Below the pieces are notes generated by a model. That model did not search any database. It saw nothing but the letters and a program-made list of their open reading frames with translations, and had not been told where the DNA came from. A stretch of 64,000 nt of DNA, taken from the NCBI GenBank assembly GCA_023539395.1, contig JAKCEX010000001.1, forward strand, positions 21,193-85,192. Direction: 5' to 3'. Below are positions 37,701-47,123 of this stretch, piece after piece (positions within the stretch are counted from its first letter, which is position 1; every line of letters begins with the position of its first letter). Source of the stretch: Candidatus Geocrenenecus arthurdayi (lineage in GTDB: Archaea; Thermoproteota; Nitrososphaeria_A; Caldarchaeales; Wolframiiraptoraceae). Both the position numbers and the translations under genes were made by a program.

Positions 37701-38777
37701 GTGAAGTCTATGAATATTTCTAAGGGTACCCTGCAGATAGAGGTTACATCTAGATGTAATGCTTGCTGTCTAATGTGTCCTAAATCATCTATGATTGATG
37801 ATTGGAGTAGTGGAGACTTAGCTCTAGAAGACTATCTTAAGCTTAGAGAATATTTCGAGAAGTTCAAGATCATCTGGCTTCAAGGTTGGGGTGAGCCTCT
37901 CCTATCTAGAGATATCTTCGAGATGGTTAGAGTAGCTTATAGAAATGATGGTATAGTTGGATTAACTACTAATGCTATGCTCCTGATAGAGTCAGTATCA
38001 AGGAAACTGATCGAAAACGGTATCAAGACTATAGCTGTATCTATCGCTGGGGCGAGAGAAGAAACCCATGAATCCATTAGAATAGGTACAAGCTTTAAAA
38101 AGATAATAGAGAACGTAGAATGTCTAGAGCGTTTAAGGAGGAGCATGAATGCTCGGGACTTGAGAATAATCTTTACATTCCTCAGAATGAAGCAGAATAT
38201 AAGAGAGCTTCCAGAAGTAGTTGAACTAGCATCAAGATTGAATGTAGATGAAGTGGTTGGAACAAATCTAGACTATATTCCGAGCAGAAAGCATTATGAG
38301 ATGAAGATCTTCTCTGAGGGGGAAGCTCCAAGAGAGTATACTGAGGTAGTTAGGGAGAGCGAAGAGAAAGCGAAGGAGCTTGGAATATCAATCTATAACT
38401 ACCCATTGGAGATGAGGGAGGTCGCAGTATGTTCTGAGAACCCTATAGAGAATATCTATGTATCACATGATGGTACAGTCTCACCGTGCGTCTACCTGAA
38501 CGTCCCTTTAAGAAAAAACATTATTCCAAGATACTTCAAGAACAAACAATACAATATTCCTAAAACAATATTCGGAAGCATAAGAGTAGAAAAGCTGGAA
38601 GAGATATACAATAAACAAGAATTCTCAAGATTCAGAAATATCTATAAGGAGAGGAGCGATTCTTGGAGAAGTTCAAGAGATCTTATTGGTAGAATACTTA
38701 GTTTTAGCGAGCTAAGCAGTGGCACTCTTCGGCTTCCCGAAGAATGCTATACTTGCTATAAAGCTTATGGTGTATAG
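37701..38777 (+). CDS. Radical SAM enzyme with a Cys-rich C-terminal extension (SPASM/twitch-like).
   Basis: The CxxxCxxC motif lies within TSRCNACCLMCP. The C-terminal cysteines (CSENP, SPCVYL, ECYTCYK) suggest an auxiliary Fe-S cluster. Confidence 0.7.
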   Translation: MKSMNISKGTLQIEVTSRCNACCLMCPKSSMIDDWSSGDLALEDYLKLREYFEKFKIIWLQGWGEPLLSRDIFEMVRVAYRNDGIVGLTTNAMLLIESVSRKLIENGIKTIAVSIAGAREETHESIRIGTSFKKIIENVECLERLRRSMNARDLRIIFTFLRMKQNIRELPEVVELASRLNVDEVVGTNLDYIPSRKHYEMKIFSEGEAPREYTEVVRESEEKAKELGISIYNYPLEMREVAVCSENPIENIYVSHDGTVSPCVYLNVPLRKNIIPRYFKNKQYNIPKTIFGSIRVEKLEEIYNKQEFSRFRNIYKERSDSWRSSRDLIGRILSFSELSSGTLRLPEECYTCYKAYGV

Positions 38778-38781
38778 CCAC

Positions 38782-38967
38782 CTACATCTCAGTTATTGTA
38801 ATCGCGCCTGAAGGGCAAACTGCCTCGCATGACCTACATCCAAGACACTGATCTCCATTTACTGGTACGGCTTTACCTTCTTGTAGCTCGAAGACGGATA
38901 CAGGGCAGATTGTAACACATTCACCGTCTCCAGTGCATTTCTCCCTGTCTACATTTACTATATACAT
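38782..38967 (-). CDS. fdx: 2x[4Fe-4S] ferredoxin.
   Basis: 61 aa with two CxxCxxCxxxCP motifs (CTGDGECVTICP and CLGCRSCEAVCP). Confidence 0.8.
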   Translation of the reverse strand: MYIVNVDREKCTGDGECVTICPVSVFELQEGKAVPVNGDQCLGCRSCEAVCPSGAITITEM

Positions 38968-39084
38968 TTACTTAACACCCAACTAATGATTGGTGCTCCA
39001 TAATTTAACTATAGTTTTTGAAAAAATATTTTTGTTGAATAAGAAAAAGTAAAAAATAGGAGGGAAATATTGTGTAGTGGACGC

Positions 39085-39297
39085 CTATTCTACCGATTCA
39101 GGTAGCTTGATTCTTGTTTCTCCTCCAAATGATACCCATTCTATTCTTCCTTCATTGACGAGCTCATTAACAGCTTTATCTACTACTTTCTTCTCAAGCT
39201 TTAATGCTTTAGCAATATCCCTGCTAGTGACAGACCTCTTTACCTTCTTTAAGTATTCAACTATCTGGTTTTTAATGTCTTCGGTTACCTCGGACAT
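39085..39297 (-). CDS. dsrD: DsrD-like small winged-helix protein.
   Basis: 70 aa. It sits immediately downstream of dsrB. The winged-helix-like region reads VEYLKKVKRSVTSRDIAKAL...VNELVNEGRIEWVSFGG, which is collinear with DsrD (about 75-80 aa). Confidence 0.55.
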   Translation of the reverse strand: MSEVTEDIKNQIVEYLKKVKRSVTSRDIAKALKLEKKVVDKAVNELVNEGRIEWVSFGGETRIKLPESVE

Positions 39298-39317
39298 TCC
39301 GCCTCATAAATTATATG

Positions 39318-40391
39318 CTATCTCCACTTGAAAAGCGTTGTGGTTCGGAAGGTTGGTACAGAGAATATGAAGTCGTCTATATGCTTATCCGTGAATGGTA
39401 TCCCTGTCAGTGTAAAGAATCTCTCCCATCCAATCCTCTTTATCCAATCTCCGATTCTTTCACCCTTCTTTGCATGCTTTATCCAAGTCTCAATTACTTT
39501 CTTAGCTGCTTGAACCGCCTCAGGCCATCTGGGCGGGTTATTTGGTAGATATGGTATGGCAAGCCTTGAGAATTCAGGGGGACCTCCAGCGACAGCGTTT
39601 CCTCCAACCCACATGGATAAGCAATCATACTTTGGATTATGTATGAACATTCCTGGGCATACAGTGTAGCAGTTCCCACAATACATACATCTATCTTCAT
39701 TAACTACGACGGACTTCTTCTCAGGCGCGGGTCTAATAGCTGCGGTTGGACAGCTTGCGACGAGTGTAGGTATCTCACATAGTCTACTGACTATATCGTC
39801 GTTAACTACGGGCGGCTTCCTATGCATTCCAACGAAGGCCAAGTCTGAGCAGTGTACAGCTCCACACATGTTTATGCAGCATGCAATAGCTATCTTAAGC
39901 TTGCCTGGTAAGTCATCTCTAACAAAGTATTCGTATAGCTCGTCATATAGTGCTTTAGCAAGACCAGGCGCATCTATTACAGCTGTATGGCAGTGCACCC
40001 ATCCCTGTGTATGGATTATAGCTTTTAGTGAACGGCCTGTACCTCCAACAGGCCAACCCCTATCCTTTAATTCCTTGAGAAGTGCGTCAAGCTTTTTCTT
40101 ATCTGTGACAATGAACTCTACATTATGTCTACTAGTAAACTTTACATAGCCGTCTGAATACTTGTCTGCAATATCGCATAGCTCTCTAACAAAGTATACG
40201 CTTACGATTTTAGGTATAGCAGCTCTAACCATGTATACTTCCTCACCATTCATTGAGACATGCTTTATCACGCCTGGAGCAACATATTCATGGTATCTCC
40301 ATTTACCATAATTCTTTAAGAGTACGGGATGTACCATCTCTTTGTAGTGTGGTGGACCAATATCTGTAATATACTTCTTCTCTGCCGCCAT
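39318..40391 (-). CDS. dsrB: Dissimilatory sulfite reductase beta subunit.
   Basis: 357 aa. The inserted ferredoxin domain is CMYCGNCYTVCP. The siroheme/Fe-S cysteine cluster is IACCINMCGAVHCSD. It lies 2 nt after dsrA. Confidence 0.8.
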   Translation of the reverse strand: MAAEKKYITDIGPPHYKEMVHPVLLKNYGKWRYHEYVAPGVIKHVSMNGEEVYMVRAAIPKIVSVYFVRELCDIADKYSDGYVKFTSRHNVEFIVTDKKKLDALLKELKDRGWPVGGTGRSLKAIIHTQGWVHCHTAVIDAPGLAKALYDELYEYFVRDDLPGKLKIAIACCINMCGAVHCSDLAFVGMHRKPPVVNDDIVSRLCEIPTLVASCPTAAIRPAPEKKSVVVNEDRCMYCGNCYTVCPGMFIHNPKYDCLSMWVGGNAVAGGPPEFSRLAIPYLPNNPPRWPEAVQAAKKVIETWIKHAKKGERIGDWIKRIGWERFFTLTGIPFTDKHIDDFIFSVPTFRTTTLFKWR

Positions 40392-40393
40392 GC

Positions 40394-41578
40394 TTACTTC
40401 ACCTCCTCCAATTCTTCAGGACTCCAGAAGTAGTATGGATTTGCTCTAGGAACGTAGACCATCTGTGGTACAGGCGGTAAGCCGACAGCCTTTAAGAAAT
40501 TCCTCATACCAAGTCTGTAGACTAATTCACCTATCCTCTCTCTAGTTCTTGCATTTTCATCCCACCAATCAAGTATCTTCCTTATCAGGTTCTTTAACTC
40601 AGTATATGGTTTCTCAGCTTTCATGAATGGTACTATAACCCATCCAAGGAATGCTCCCTGTAATATGGTAGCTTTTCCTCCTAGTAGAATTGTTACACCT
40701 CTGTCATCTCCAGGCAGGATCGCTTTCGGAAGGGCACCTAGACACTTCATGCATCTAGTGCAGTCTTCAGGGATGACTCTCAATTCTTTACCATCCCATT
40801 CAAGAGCCTGTGGTGGGCATCTAGCAGCTACAGCAGCAATATTTACACCCTGTTTTGCATATTCTCTAACAGCATCTTGGTCAATTTTTATTGAGTCTCT
40901 CCAAGTTCCTATTATTGCTAGGTCAGCTCTAGCCAATGCTGCTACACAATCGTTTGGGCAGCCTGAGATCTTAATCTTAAACTTGTATGGGAATCTAGGT
41001 CTATGAATCTCATCTTGAAACTCCATAGTTAATTCATGATAAATGTCTAGCGTATCTATACATGACCATTGGCAGAACGCTGGACCGCCGCAACAGCTTA
41101 AACTTCTGACATCGCTTCCTGAGCCTCCAAGATCGAAGCCTATGGATGTTAATTCTTCGAAACATGGTTGTAGAGCCGCTGTAGTTGCTCCAAGCAGTAT
41201 TATGTCTCCAGTGGAGCCGTGTAGGTTTATGAAGCCTGTTCCATACTTCTCCCAGACATCGCACAGTTTTCTCAGAGCTTTAGTTGAATAGAACCATCCA
41301 GCTGGTTGCGCTACTCTAAGTGTATGGACCTCAGGCGTAGGCATAACATCAGAAGGTAGATCACTATATCTCCCAATAACTCCCCCACCGTATCCTTTAA
41401 CTCCGACTATCCCTCCATGCTTCCAGTGGGTTACCTTCTCTTTATATGACCTCTCAAGCTGTAGTAGGACATTCTTTGCATATGGTTTTACCGCTGCCAT
41501 CCTCTTCATTTCCTTGATGAAGCTTGGCCAAGGACCCTTTTCCAGCTCATCTAGAAGAGGTGTCTCAGACATTTTCAA
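40394..41578 (-). CDS. dsrA: Dissimilatory sulfite reductase alpha subunit.
   Basis: 394 aa. The siroheme-[4Fe-4S] cysteine cluster is LSCCGGPAFCQWSC...CPNDC and the ferredoxin-like segment is CTRCMKC. Confidence 0.8.
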   Translation of the reverse strand: MKMSETPLLDELEKGPWPSFIKEMKRMAAVKPYAKNVLLQLERSYKEKVTHWKHGGIVGVKGYGGGVIGRYSDLPSDVMPTPEVHTLRVAQPAGWFYSTKALRKLCDVWEKYGTGFINLHGSTGDIILLGATTAALQPCFEELTSIGFDLGGSGSDVRSLSCCGGPAFCQWSCIDTLDIYHELTMEFQDEIHRPRFPYKFKIKISGCPNDCVAALARADLAIIGTWRDSIKIDQDAVREYAKQGVNIAAVAARCPPQALEWDGKELRVIPEDCTRCMKCLGALPKAILPGDDRGVTILLGGKATILQGAFLGWVIVPFMKAEKPYTELKNLIRKILDWWDENARTRERIGELVYRLGMRNFLKAVGLPPVPQMVYVPRANPYYFWSPEELEEVK

Positions 41579-41611
41579 CTCAGTATCTTATATTCCGCAG
41601 ACCTATATAAT

Positions 41612-41629
41612 ATTTCACATGGAAAATTT
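41612..41629 (-). promoter_or_regulatory. Conserved TTTyACATGGAAAA element abutting the TATA box of the dsrA promoter.
   Basis: The sequence atttcacatggaaaattt is followed (on the coding strand) by attatatagg and about 25 nt to the dsrA ATG. Confidence 0.45.
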
Positions 41630-41744
41630 CCTGCGATAATATAGTTGTTTATTATTGGGGGTTGAAAAGTTCAAATTAACGCTGTTATATTCATCGCTTA
41701 AGTTTAGACTACTTCATAATTCTTTCTAATATTGTCCCTGACAC

Positions 41745-43139
41745 TTAATAGACCAATGCGTTTGCTAGCACTTCACTTAAGCCTGAAACATTAATGTTTA
41801 GATTATAATAGCTAACCATGTCTAAGAATTGCCTCTTACAGTTTGCACATATTGTTATGAGGGTCGAGGCGGCTGTATCTTTTACTTGTTGCATCTTCAA
41901 CCTACCGTATGTCTTCATTCTAAAGTCTAGGAAATTATATTTACTCATTAATGCAAACCCTCCTCCACCACCACAGCAATAATTATACTCTCTATTGGGG
42001 TACATTTCTCTGAAATCTCTACATGAAGCAACTATAACTCTCCTCGGTTCATCATATATTCCCCCACATCTACCTATCTTGCATGAGTCATGGAAAGTTA
42101 CTGGCTCAGCATTCTTATGCTTATCAAGTTTTAGTTTACCTTCTCTCAAGAATTTGTCATATAGTTCAACTATGTGTATGACTTTAAATGGTCTCTCTTC
42201 AGCTGGTATAAGATCTTTCATAAGATGCCCCAGCACATCGTAAGCATGCCCACATTCCCCGATCACGACATATTCAGGTTTAAGTTTATTAATCGTCTCT
42301 AGATGGGCCCGTATAACTCGGAGCATATCTTTATCGCTGTAGAATAATCCATAGTTAACATTATCGAATACGCCTGTTCTAGGAGAATTGAAAGTCCAAT
42401 CTACATTGACGTAGTTCATTACTTCGACGATCCCTCTAATAGTATCTAGGAAGGATAAGTAGTCTCCAGCATTGTTTATGATGAGATACTTTGCTCCCAC
42501 TTTATCTACTGGGATCTCAATACTGACGTTTTTCCTATTCTCTTCGATTTCTCCTCTAACAAAGTCTAAGATATTCATCAAAGCCTCGTATGATATTTTC
42601 GGAGCACTGCCATACCTTAGCTGATTATCAACACCTTCTTCTTTCAATTCTTCTGGTATGATTCCAAGCTCAGCAAATATTTTCCTCATCTCTCTCATAA
42701 CTAACCCGTTGTCTAGACCGAATGGGCATGCCAAAACGCATCTCCTACATATTGTACAGCGGTACGCAGCTTCAGCCATCGCATTTATATCTTGCTCCGT
42801 GACCTCTTTCGCTCCTACAAGACTTCCAAAGACCTTCCCAGTTAATGTAAAGTACCTCTTATATATCTTCCTGAGCATATCAGCACGATAGACTGGGCTA
42901 TACAACTTATTTCTTCCACTACCAATGTACACTGGGCATGCTTCCGCACATGTACCACAGTGAGTACATGCTTCTAGAGCTAATCTTAGCGGTAGGAGGA
43001 ATGGCCAGTTATTCTTCTTATCTAACAATTCTCTAAATGCTTTTAGAAACTGTTCAGACTTAGGCTCAGTAGGATGTAGCTTACTATCTGAGAGACCTCT
43101 ATATTCATCAAAAACCTTGTATATTTGCTCAATCTTCAC
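41745..43139 (-). CDS. dsrK: DsrK/HdrD-like iron-sulfur protein with a CCG domain.
   Basis: 464 aa. The two ferredoxin motifs are CTHCGTCAEACP and CTICRRCVLACP. The C-terminal CCG domain reads YNYCCGGGGG. Confidence 0.7.
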   Translation of the reverse strand: MKIEQIYKVFDEYRGLSDSKLHPTEPKSEQFLKAFRELLDKKNNWPFLLPLRLALEACTHCGTCAEACPVYIGSGRNKLYSPVYRADMLRKIYKRYFTLTGKVFGSLVGAKEVTEQDINAMAEAAYRCTICRRCVLACPFGLDNGLVMREMRKIFAELGIIPEELKEEGVDNQLRYGSAPKISYEALMNILDFVRGEIEENRKNVSIEIPVDKVGAKYLIINNAGDYLSFLDTIRGIVEVMNYVNVDWTFNSPRTGVFDNVNYGLFYSDKDMLRVIRAHLETINKLKPEYVVIGECGHAYDVLGHLMKDLIPAEERPFKVIHIVELYDKFLREGKLKLDKHKNAEPVTFHDSCKIGRCGGIYDEPRRVIVASCRDFREMYPNREYNYCCGGGGGFALMSKYNFLDFRMKTYGRLKMQQVKDTAASTLITICANCKRQFLDMVSYYNLNINVSGLSEVLANALVY

Positions 43140-43145
43140 AGCATA

Positions 43146-43829
43146 TCACCCCTTGAAATGTCTCTGGTCGAGGATAATCTTTTGCCCATAGAATATTGCA
43201 ATTGGATGTATGAGTGTCTTGAACGGTAGATATATCATGTATATTTGGGCGAAGACGATATGTATTAAGAAGAGTGTGTTAACTGGAGGGGGGATAGGGT
43301 TTAGAGTTAGTATTCCCTGCACCCAAGTCCACAGATGCGTAGATTCAACGACCCTAAACATACGGATATATTGTCCTAGAGATAATGTTATTATTAGAAG
43401 AATTAGTGCGAAATAATCTGCAAAGTAGGAGTCAGCTCTTTTATCAACATATCTTCTGATTATGAAGCCTACTGAACCTATTGCAGCCAGCATGCCTGCA
43501 ATAGTGCCAACTTCATATTCATATGGAAGATGAGGAATGAAAATATATTTAGCGTGAAGCGTGAGACTTACAATTAGCCCTATATGGAACATCCATGCCA
43601 ACGTGAATATGAGTTTGTCGAATTTTCTAGGGCCAGGCAGAGAGAAGATTCTCGTTGCAATAGTAAATAAGATGTTTGCTAAGCTCTTCTTAGCTGGGAA
43701 TATAGCCCACATAATGGGTCTGGGCAGAAAGATCCACTTAAAGAAATTGTATATGACGGCTACGATGAAAACTACTAGTGTAATGTAGGGTAGATAAATA
43801 CCTATAAAAATCGTAAAGTATTCATCCAT
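43146..43829 (-). CDS. dsrM: DsrM/HdrE/NarI-like di-heme b membrane subunit.
   Basis: 227 aa with 5 predicted TM helices and conserved His residues in the helices. It lies 6 nt upstream of dsrK. Confidence 0.65.
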   Translation of the reverse strand: MDEYFTIFIGIYLPYITLVVFIVAVIYNFFKWIFLPRPIMWAIFPAKKSLANILFTIATRIFSLPGPRKFDKLIFTLAWMFHIGLIVSLTLHAKYIFIPHLPYEYEVGTIAGMLAAIGSVGFIIRRYVDKRADSYFADYFALILLIITLSLGQYIRMFRVVESTHLWTWVQGILTLNPIPPPVNTLFLIHIVFAQIYMIYLPFKTLIHPIAIFYGQKIILDQRHFKG

Positions 43830-44068
43830 CCCAAAAACACCTATCTTGCTATTTCTTCTGTAATTCTATTTTACTCTTTAATATTTTAATATTTAAGAAT
43901 CCCTTAAAACCGTGTATATGACATCGTTTTATAATTTAACTTTTACACCATTACTTATCTAGATATGATGTATTTGCAGAGATTGAGGCATCATAGAAGC
44001 TTGCGATGAGCTTCTCTATCAAGTGCTATCTCGATTTGCACCTATGGATGACTCCTAGAGCTTCAGGC

Positions 44069-44842
44069 CTAGCTAAAACCTGATACTAAGTCTGAGATGT
44101 ATTTCCTTAACTCAATATAGTATTCTCTAATATTATTAATTGAGGGACAATGGTCGACTTTCAATCCTAAATGTAACGCTTCACTTATCAATCTCTTGCT
44201 AATTACTGAGAGAAACACGTTCTTATGTTTTGTGAATAACTCATTCTCTCTAGAAATAATCTTAAGAATTTTCAGAGAAGTGACAACAATTATGTATCTC
44301 TTGTATTGATCTCTCCTTATAAATTCTACTATCTTCTTCACTGACGTATTTTTCTCGGAGAGAGAGTAGAGTTTCCAGAGATAGGACTGTTTGAAATAGT
44401 CTTTTATAAACTTCTCGAACTGGAAACTCACTTCGCTTGAACAATACACTACTAGGTTTGTCGAGTATGGAAGGTCTACTAAATACTTTATTAATCCCTC
44501 TGATGAGTGCTTTTCTGGATATTCTACCTTCAGTATACCTAGTTTTCTCAGTAGAGAGGCTGTTCCAGGTCCTATAGCTAGTGAATGCTTTTTAGCGTGC
44601 TTCCAAGCTTCTGGGAGAAGCTTCTTAACTATCTTAACTGCTGTCTTGCTTGTAAAAACGCTAACCTCAGGAGTGAAACCTAATGAAAAAATTCTACGAG
44701 CCGACTTAACCTCATCATAGTTAATCTTGACATTAATGACAGGGATTATCTTGAATTCAACATCTAGATCTCTCAAGTACTTGATTATATTCTTAGATGT
44801 ATCTCGTGTTCCAGGTAGTACAACTACTACTCTTCTATCCAT
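44069..44842 (-). CDS. hemD: Uroporphyrinogen-III synthase.
   Basis: 257 aa with the HEM4 two-lobe fold pattern. It overlaps the upstream SUMT gene by 16 nt. Confidence 0.6.
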   Translation of the reverse strand: MDRRVVVVLPGTRDTSKNIIKYLRDLDVEFKIIPVINVKINYDEVKSARRIFSLGFTPEVSVFTSKTAVKIVKKLLPEAWKHAKKHSLAIGPGTASLLRKLGILKVEYPEKHSSEGLIKYLVDLPYSTNLVVYCSSEVSFQFEKFIKDYFKQSYLWKLYSLSEKNTSVKKIVEFIRRDQYKRYIIVVTSLKILKIISRENELFTKHKNVFLSVISKRLISEALHLGLKVDHCPSINNIREYYIELRKYISDLVSGFS

Positions 44843-45567
44843 TTCAACTTCTCTCTCAATTCAACGACTTTCCCAAAAACTAGGACGGCTGGAGGCTTTA
44901 CATCATGTCTTCTAGCTATCTCGACAATATTCTCTAGACTGCCGGCGAAAACTCTTTGAGATGGAAGTGTAGCATTCTCAATTATAGCTACAGGAGTGGA
45001 GGCTGGCAGCCCGGAAGAAAGGGCTTCTCCAATTATCTTTTCCAGATTTGATACACCCATCAAGACTATGATGGTGTCTACAGAGGAGAAAATCTTCCTT
45101 AAGTATTCTACATCATCCCCATACCCTTCTCTCCTATGACCTGTAACTATCGCTACTGAAGATGAACGATCCCTATGTGTTACAGGTATGCCAGCATATG
45201 TTGGAGCAGCGAGAGCCGATGTGACCCCTGGAACTATCTCATACATTACTCCAGCAGACTTCAATGCTTCACATTCTTCCCCGCCTCTAGAGAAGAGCAT
45301 AGGGTCACCATTCTTCAATCTAACAACGACATCATACTGTCTTGCTTTCTCAATGAGCAGCTTATTTATCTCTTCCTGCTTCCAATTCTCACCTCTCTCT
45401 TTACCAACACATATCATCTCCTTCACCTTAACGGCATATCTAAGAATCTCAGGGTTAACAAGCCTATCGTAAACCACTATGTCTGCACTCTCTAATATTC
45501 TCAGAGCTTTCAAAGTAATAAGCTCAGGATCTCCAGGACCAGCACCAACAAGATACACTTTACCCAT
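44827..45567 (-). CDS. cobA: Uroporphyrinogen-III C-methyltransferase (SUMT).
   Basis: 246 aa. The N-terminus is GKVYLVGAGPGDPELITLKA, the class III tetrapyrrole methylase signature. Confidence 0.8.
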   Translation of the reverse strand: MGKVYLVGAGPGDPELITLKALRILESADIVVYDRLVNPEILRYAVKVKEMICVGKERGENWKQEEINKLLIEKARQYDVVVRLKNGDPMLFSRGGEECEALKSAGVMYEIVPGVTSALAAPTYAGIPVTHRDRSSSVAIVTGHRREGYGDDVEYLRKIFSSVDTIIVLMGVSNLEKIIGEALSSGLPASTPVAIIENATLPSQRVFAGSLENIVEIARRHDVKPPAVLVFGKVVELREKLKWIEE

Positions 45568-46341
45568 AAAGTCTCAATACATTCCTACACTCTGTAAATA
45601 TAAAATGTTAAGTGAGAAGCCATGTCAAAGCCTATTTTCAATAGGGAAACATTTATGTGCAAAGATTAGGACGAAATGTAAAGATGGAGTGAGATTCTAA
45701 TAAATACTTGGATTCTCAGTCCTACTGATTATAAGGTTAAAATATTTAGCAAATGCAGACTCTACATTTATTAAAGTTCCAAAGAGTATGACTAAGAAAA
45801 GCTGGAGCAATTTACCCCACGACTGAAAGTCGAGAGTCTTATGCGGTGATTTAATAAGTAAAAAGACATAAGCAGCCTAAACACTTGACATTAAAAGATA
45901 AGGCTTAGAGCTTGAGACAAGAGTATGGTTAATGGAAAAGATATTTGTCAGAATTGACAGAACACTGGAGCAGCTGGAGAAGAGGATATCGAGGGTAGAG
46001 GTATAGCAATAATTATTGGAGAGTTCATTGCTACTATAGTTACATCAATAATATTGATGTTGAAGCTTCTACTAGGGTGAGATAGATGACTACTACAGAT
46101 ATTAAACTAGATAGGAATATTCAGAGGGAGTTGGGCATTATTCTCCACAGCAAAAGTTAGAATTAGAATATATCAATAATTATTCACTTAAGATACGGAA
46201 TTTAGAGGCGAGCTTATTTTGAAGTATTTTTAGGAGATGCTCAGCTTCCAACTCTCCATACTAATGTCCTAGTTACCTACTATTTCTGGAAAATCTATTG
46301 AAAACTTGCATCTACTTTAGGAGGGATAGTTCATGCAGGCT

Positions 46342-46689
46342 CTATCTATAGCTAAAGATTCTAAGGTCATCTCTCACAATTATGCCGATAGTGTCTGCCT
46401 CAACAGCTATAGGATCTCCCTTCTCTCTTAGTCTCCTAAACTCGTCTATCCTTAAGGGTATGACCTCAACTCCAGGTGGTGGGTCTATGTGCTTAAGCCT
46501 TTCTATGGGATTGCCTAGAAAATAATCTGAGATTAACAATACGTCAACATCACTCCATACATTAAAATCGCCTCTTGCATAAGACCCGATGATAACCGCA
46601 GTGACGGTAAACTGCATACCCTTCACCCATCTTCTTACTGCTTCGATTACTTTCTCCTTCTGCTTCATTCTTTCCTTAATGACTTCCAT
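46342..46689 (-). CDS. Minimal nucleotidyltransferase (MNT), Pol-beta superfamily.
   Basis: 115 aa. The GS...D.D motif is GSYARGDFNVWSDVDVLLIS. Confidence 0.65.
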   Translation of the reverse strand: MEVIKERMKQKEKVIEAVRRWVKGMQFTVTAVIIGSYARGDFNVWSDVDVLLISDYFLGNPIERLKHIDPPPGVEVIPLRIDEFRRLREKGDPIAVEADTIGIIVRDDLRIFSYR

Positions 46690-47045
46690 TTCCCCTCAAC
46701 CCAGTCAATTATTATAGATGCATAGGAAACTGCTTGTTTAGAATCATTCAAGGTGTAGTAATCAGTTGGGATACCCTCACTCCAAGCATTCGGGTATCTT
46801 GTCGGTATATAGTATTTATCTAGAGTTTTAGCATGGTCTAAGATTTCGTCAGGGTTCAGCTCCCGTGGTATGTTATGGAGGAGCAAGGAAATGCTATGAC
46901 CCTTTGGGGTTAATCCTAGACCGTGTAGGAGAGCTTTTACAGCATATCCTGCTGCTTGATGAGCTTTAAAACACGCCCAATTATAATCACCTCTTCCTAA
47001 GTCGCCTTCAGCTGAAAGTAATGTCTTTTTGACATCTCTATCCAT
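46665..47045 (-). CDS. HEPN-domain protein.
   Basis: 126 aa with a classical archaeal HEPN pattern (ACFKAHQAAGYAVKALL ... YYIPTRYP). It overlaps the downstream MNT gene by 25 nt. Confidence 0.65.
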   Translation of the reverse strand: MDRDVKKTLLSAEGDLGRGDYNWACFKAHQAAGYAVKALLHGLGLTPKGHSISLLLHNIPRELNPDEILDHAKTLDKYYIPTRYPNAWSEGIPTDYYTLNDSKQAVSYASIIIDWVEGKWKSLRKE

Positions 47046-47123
47046 CTCTTATATTCCTCATCATCAATCAAAGATACCACAATTAGATAGCAGGAATAAT
47101 ATTTAAGCTGTTAATATATCAAG

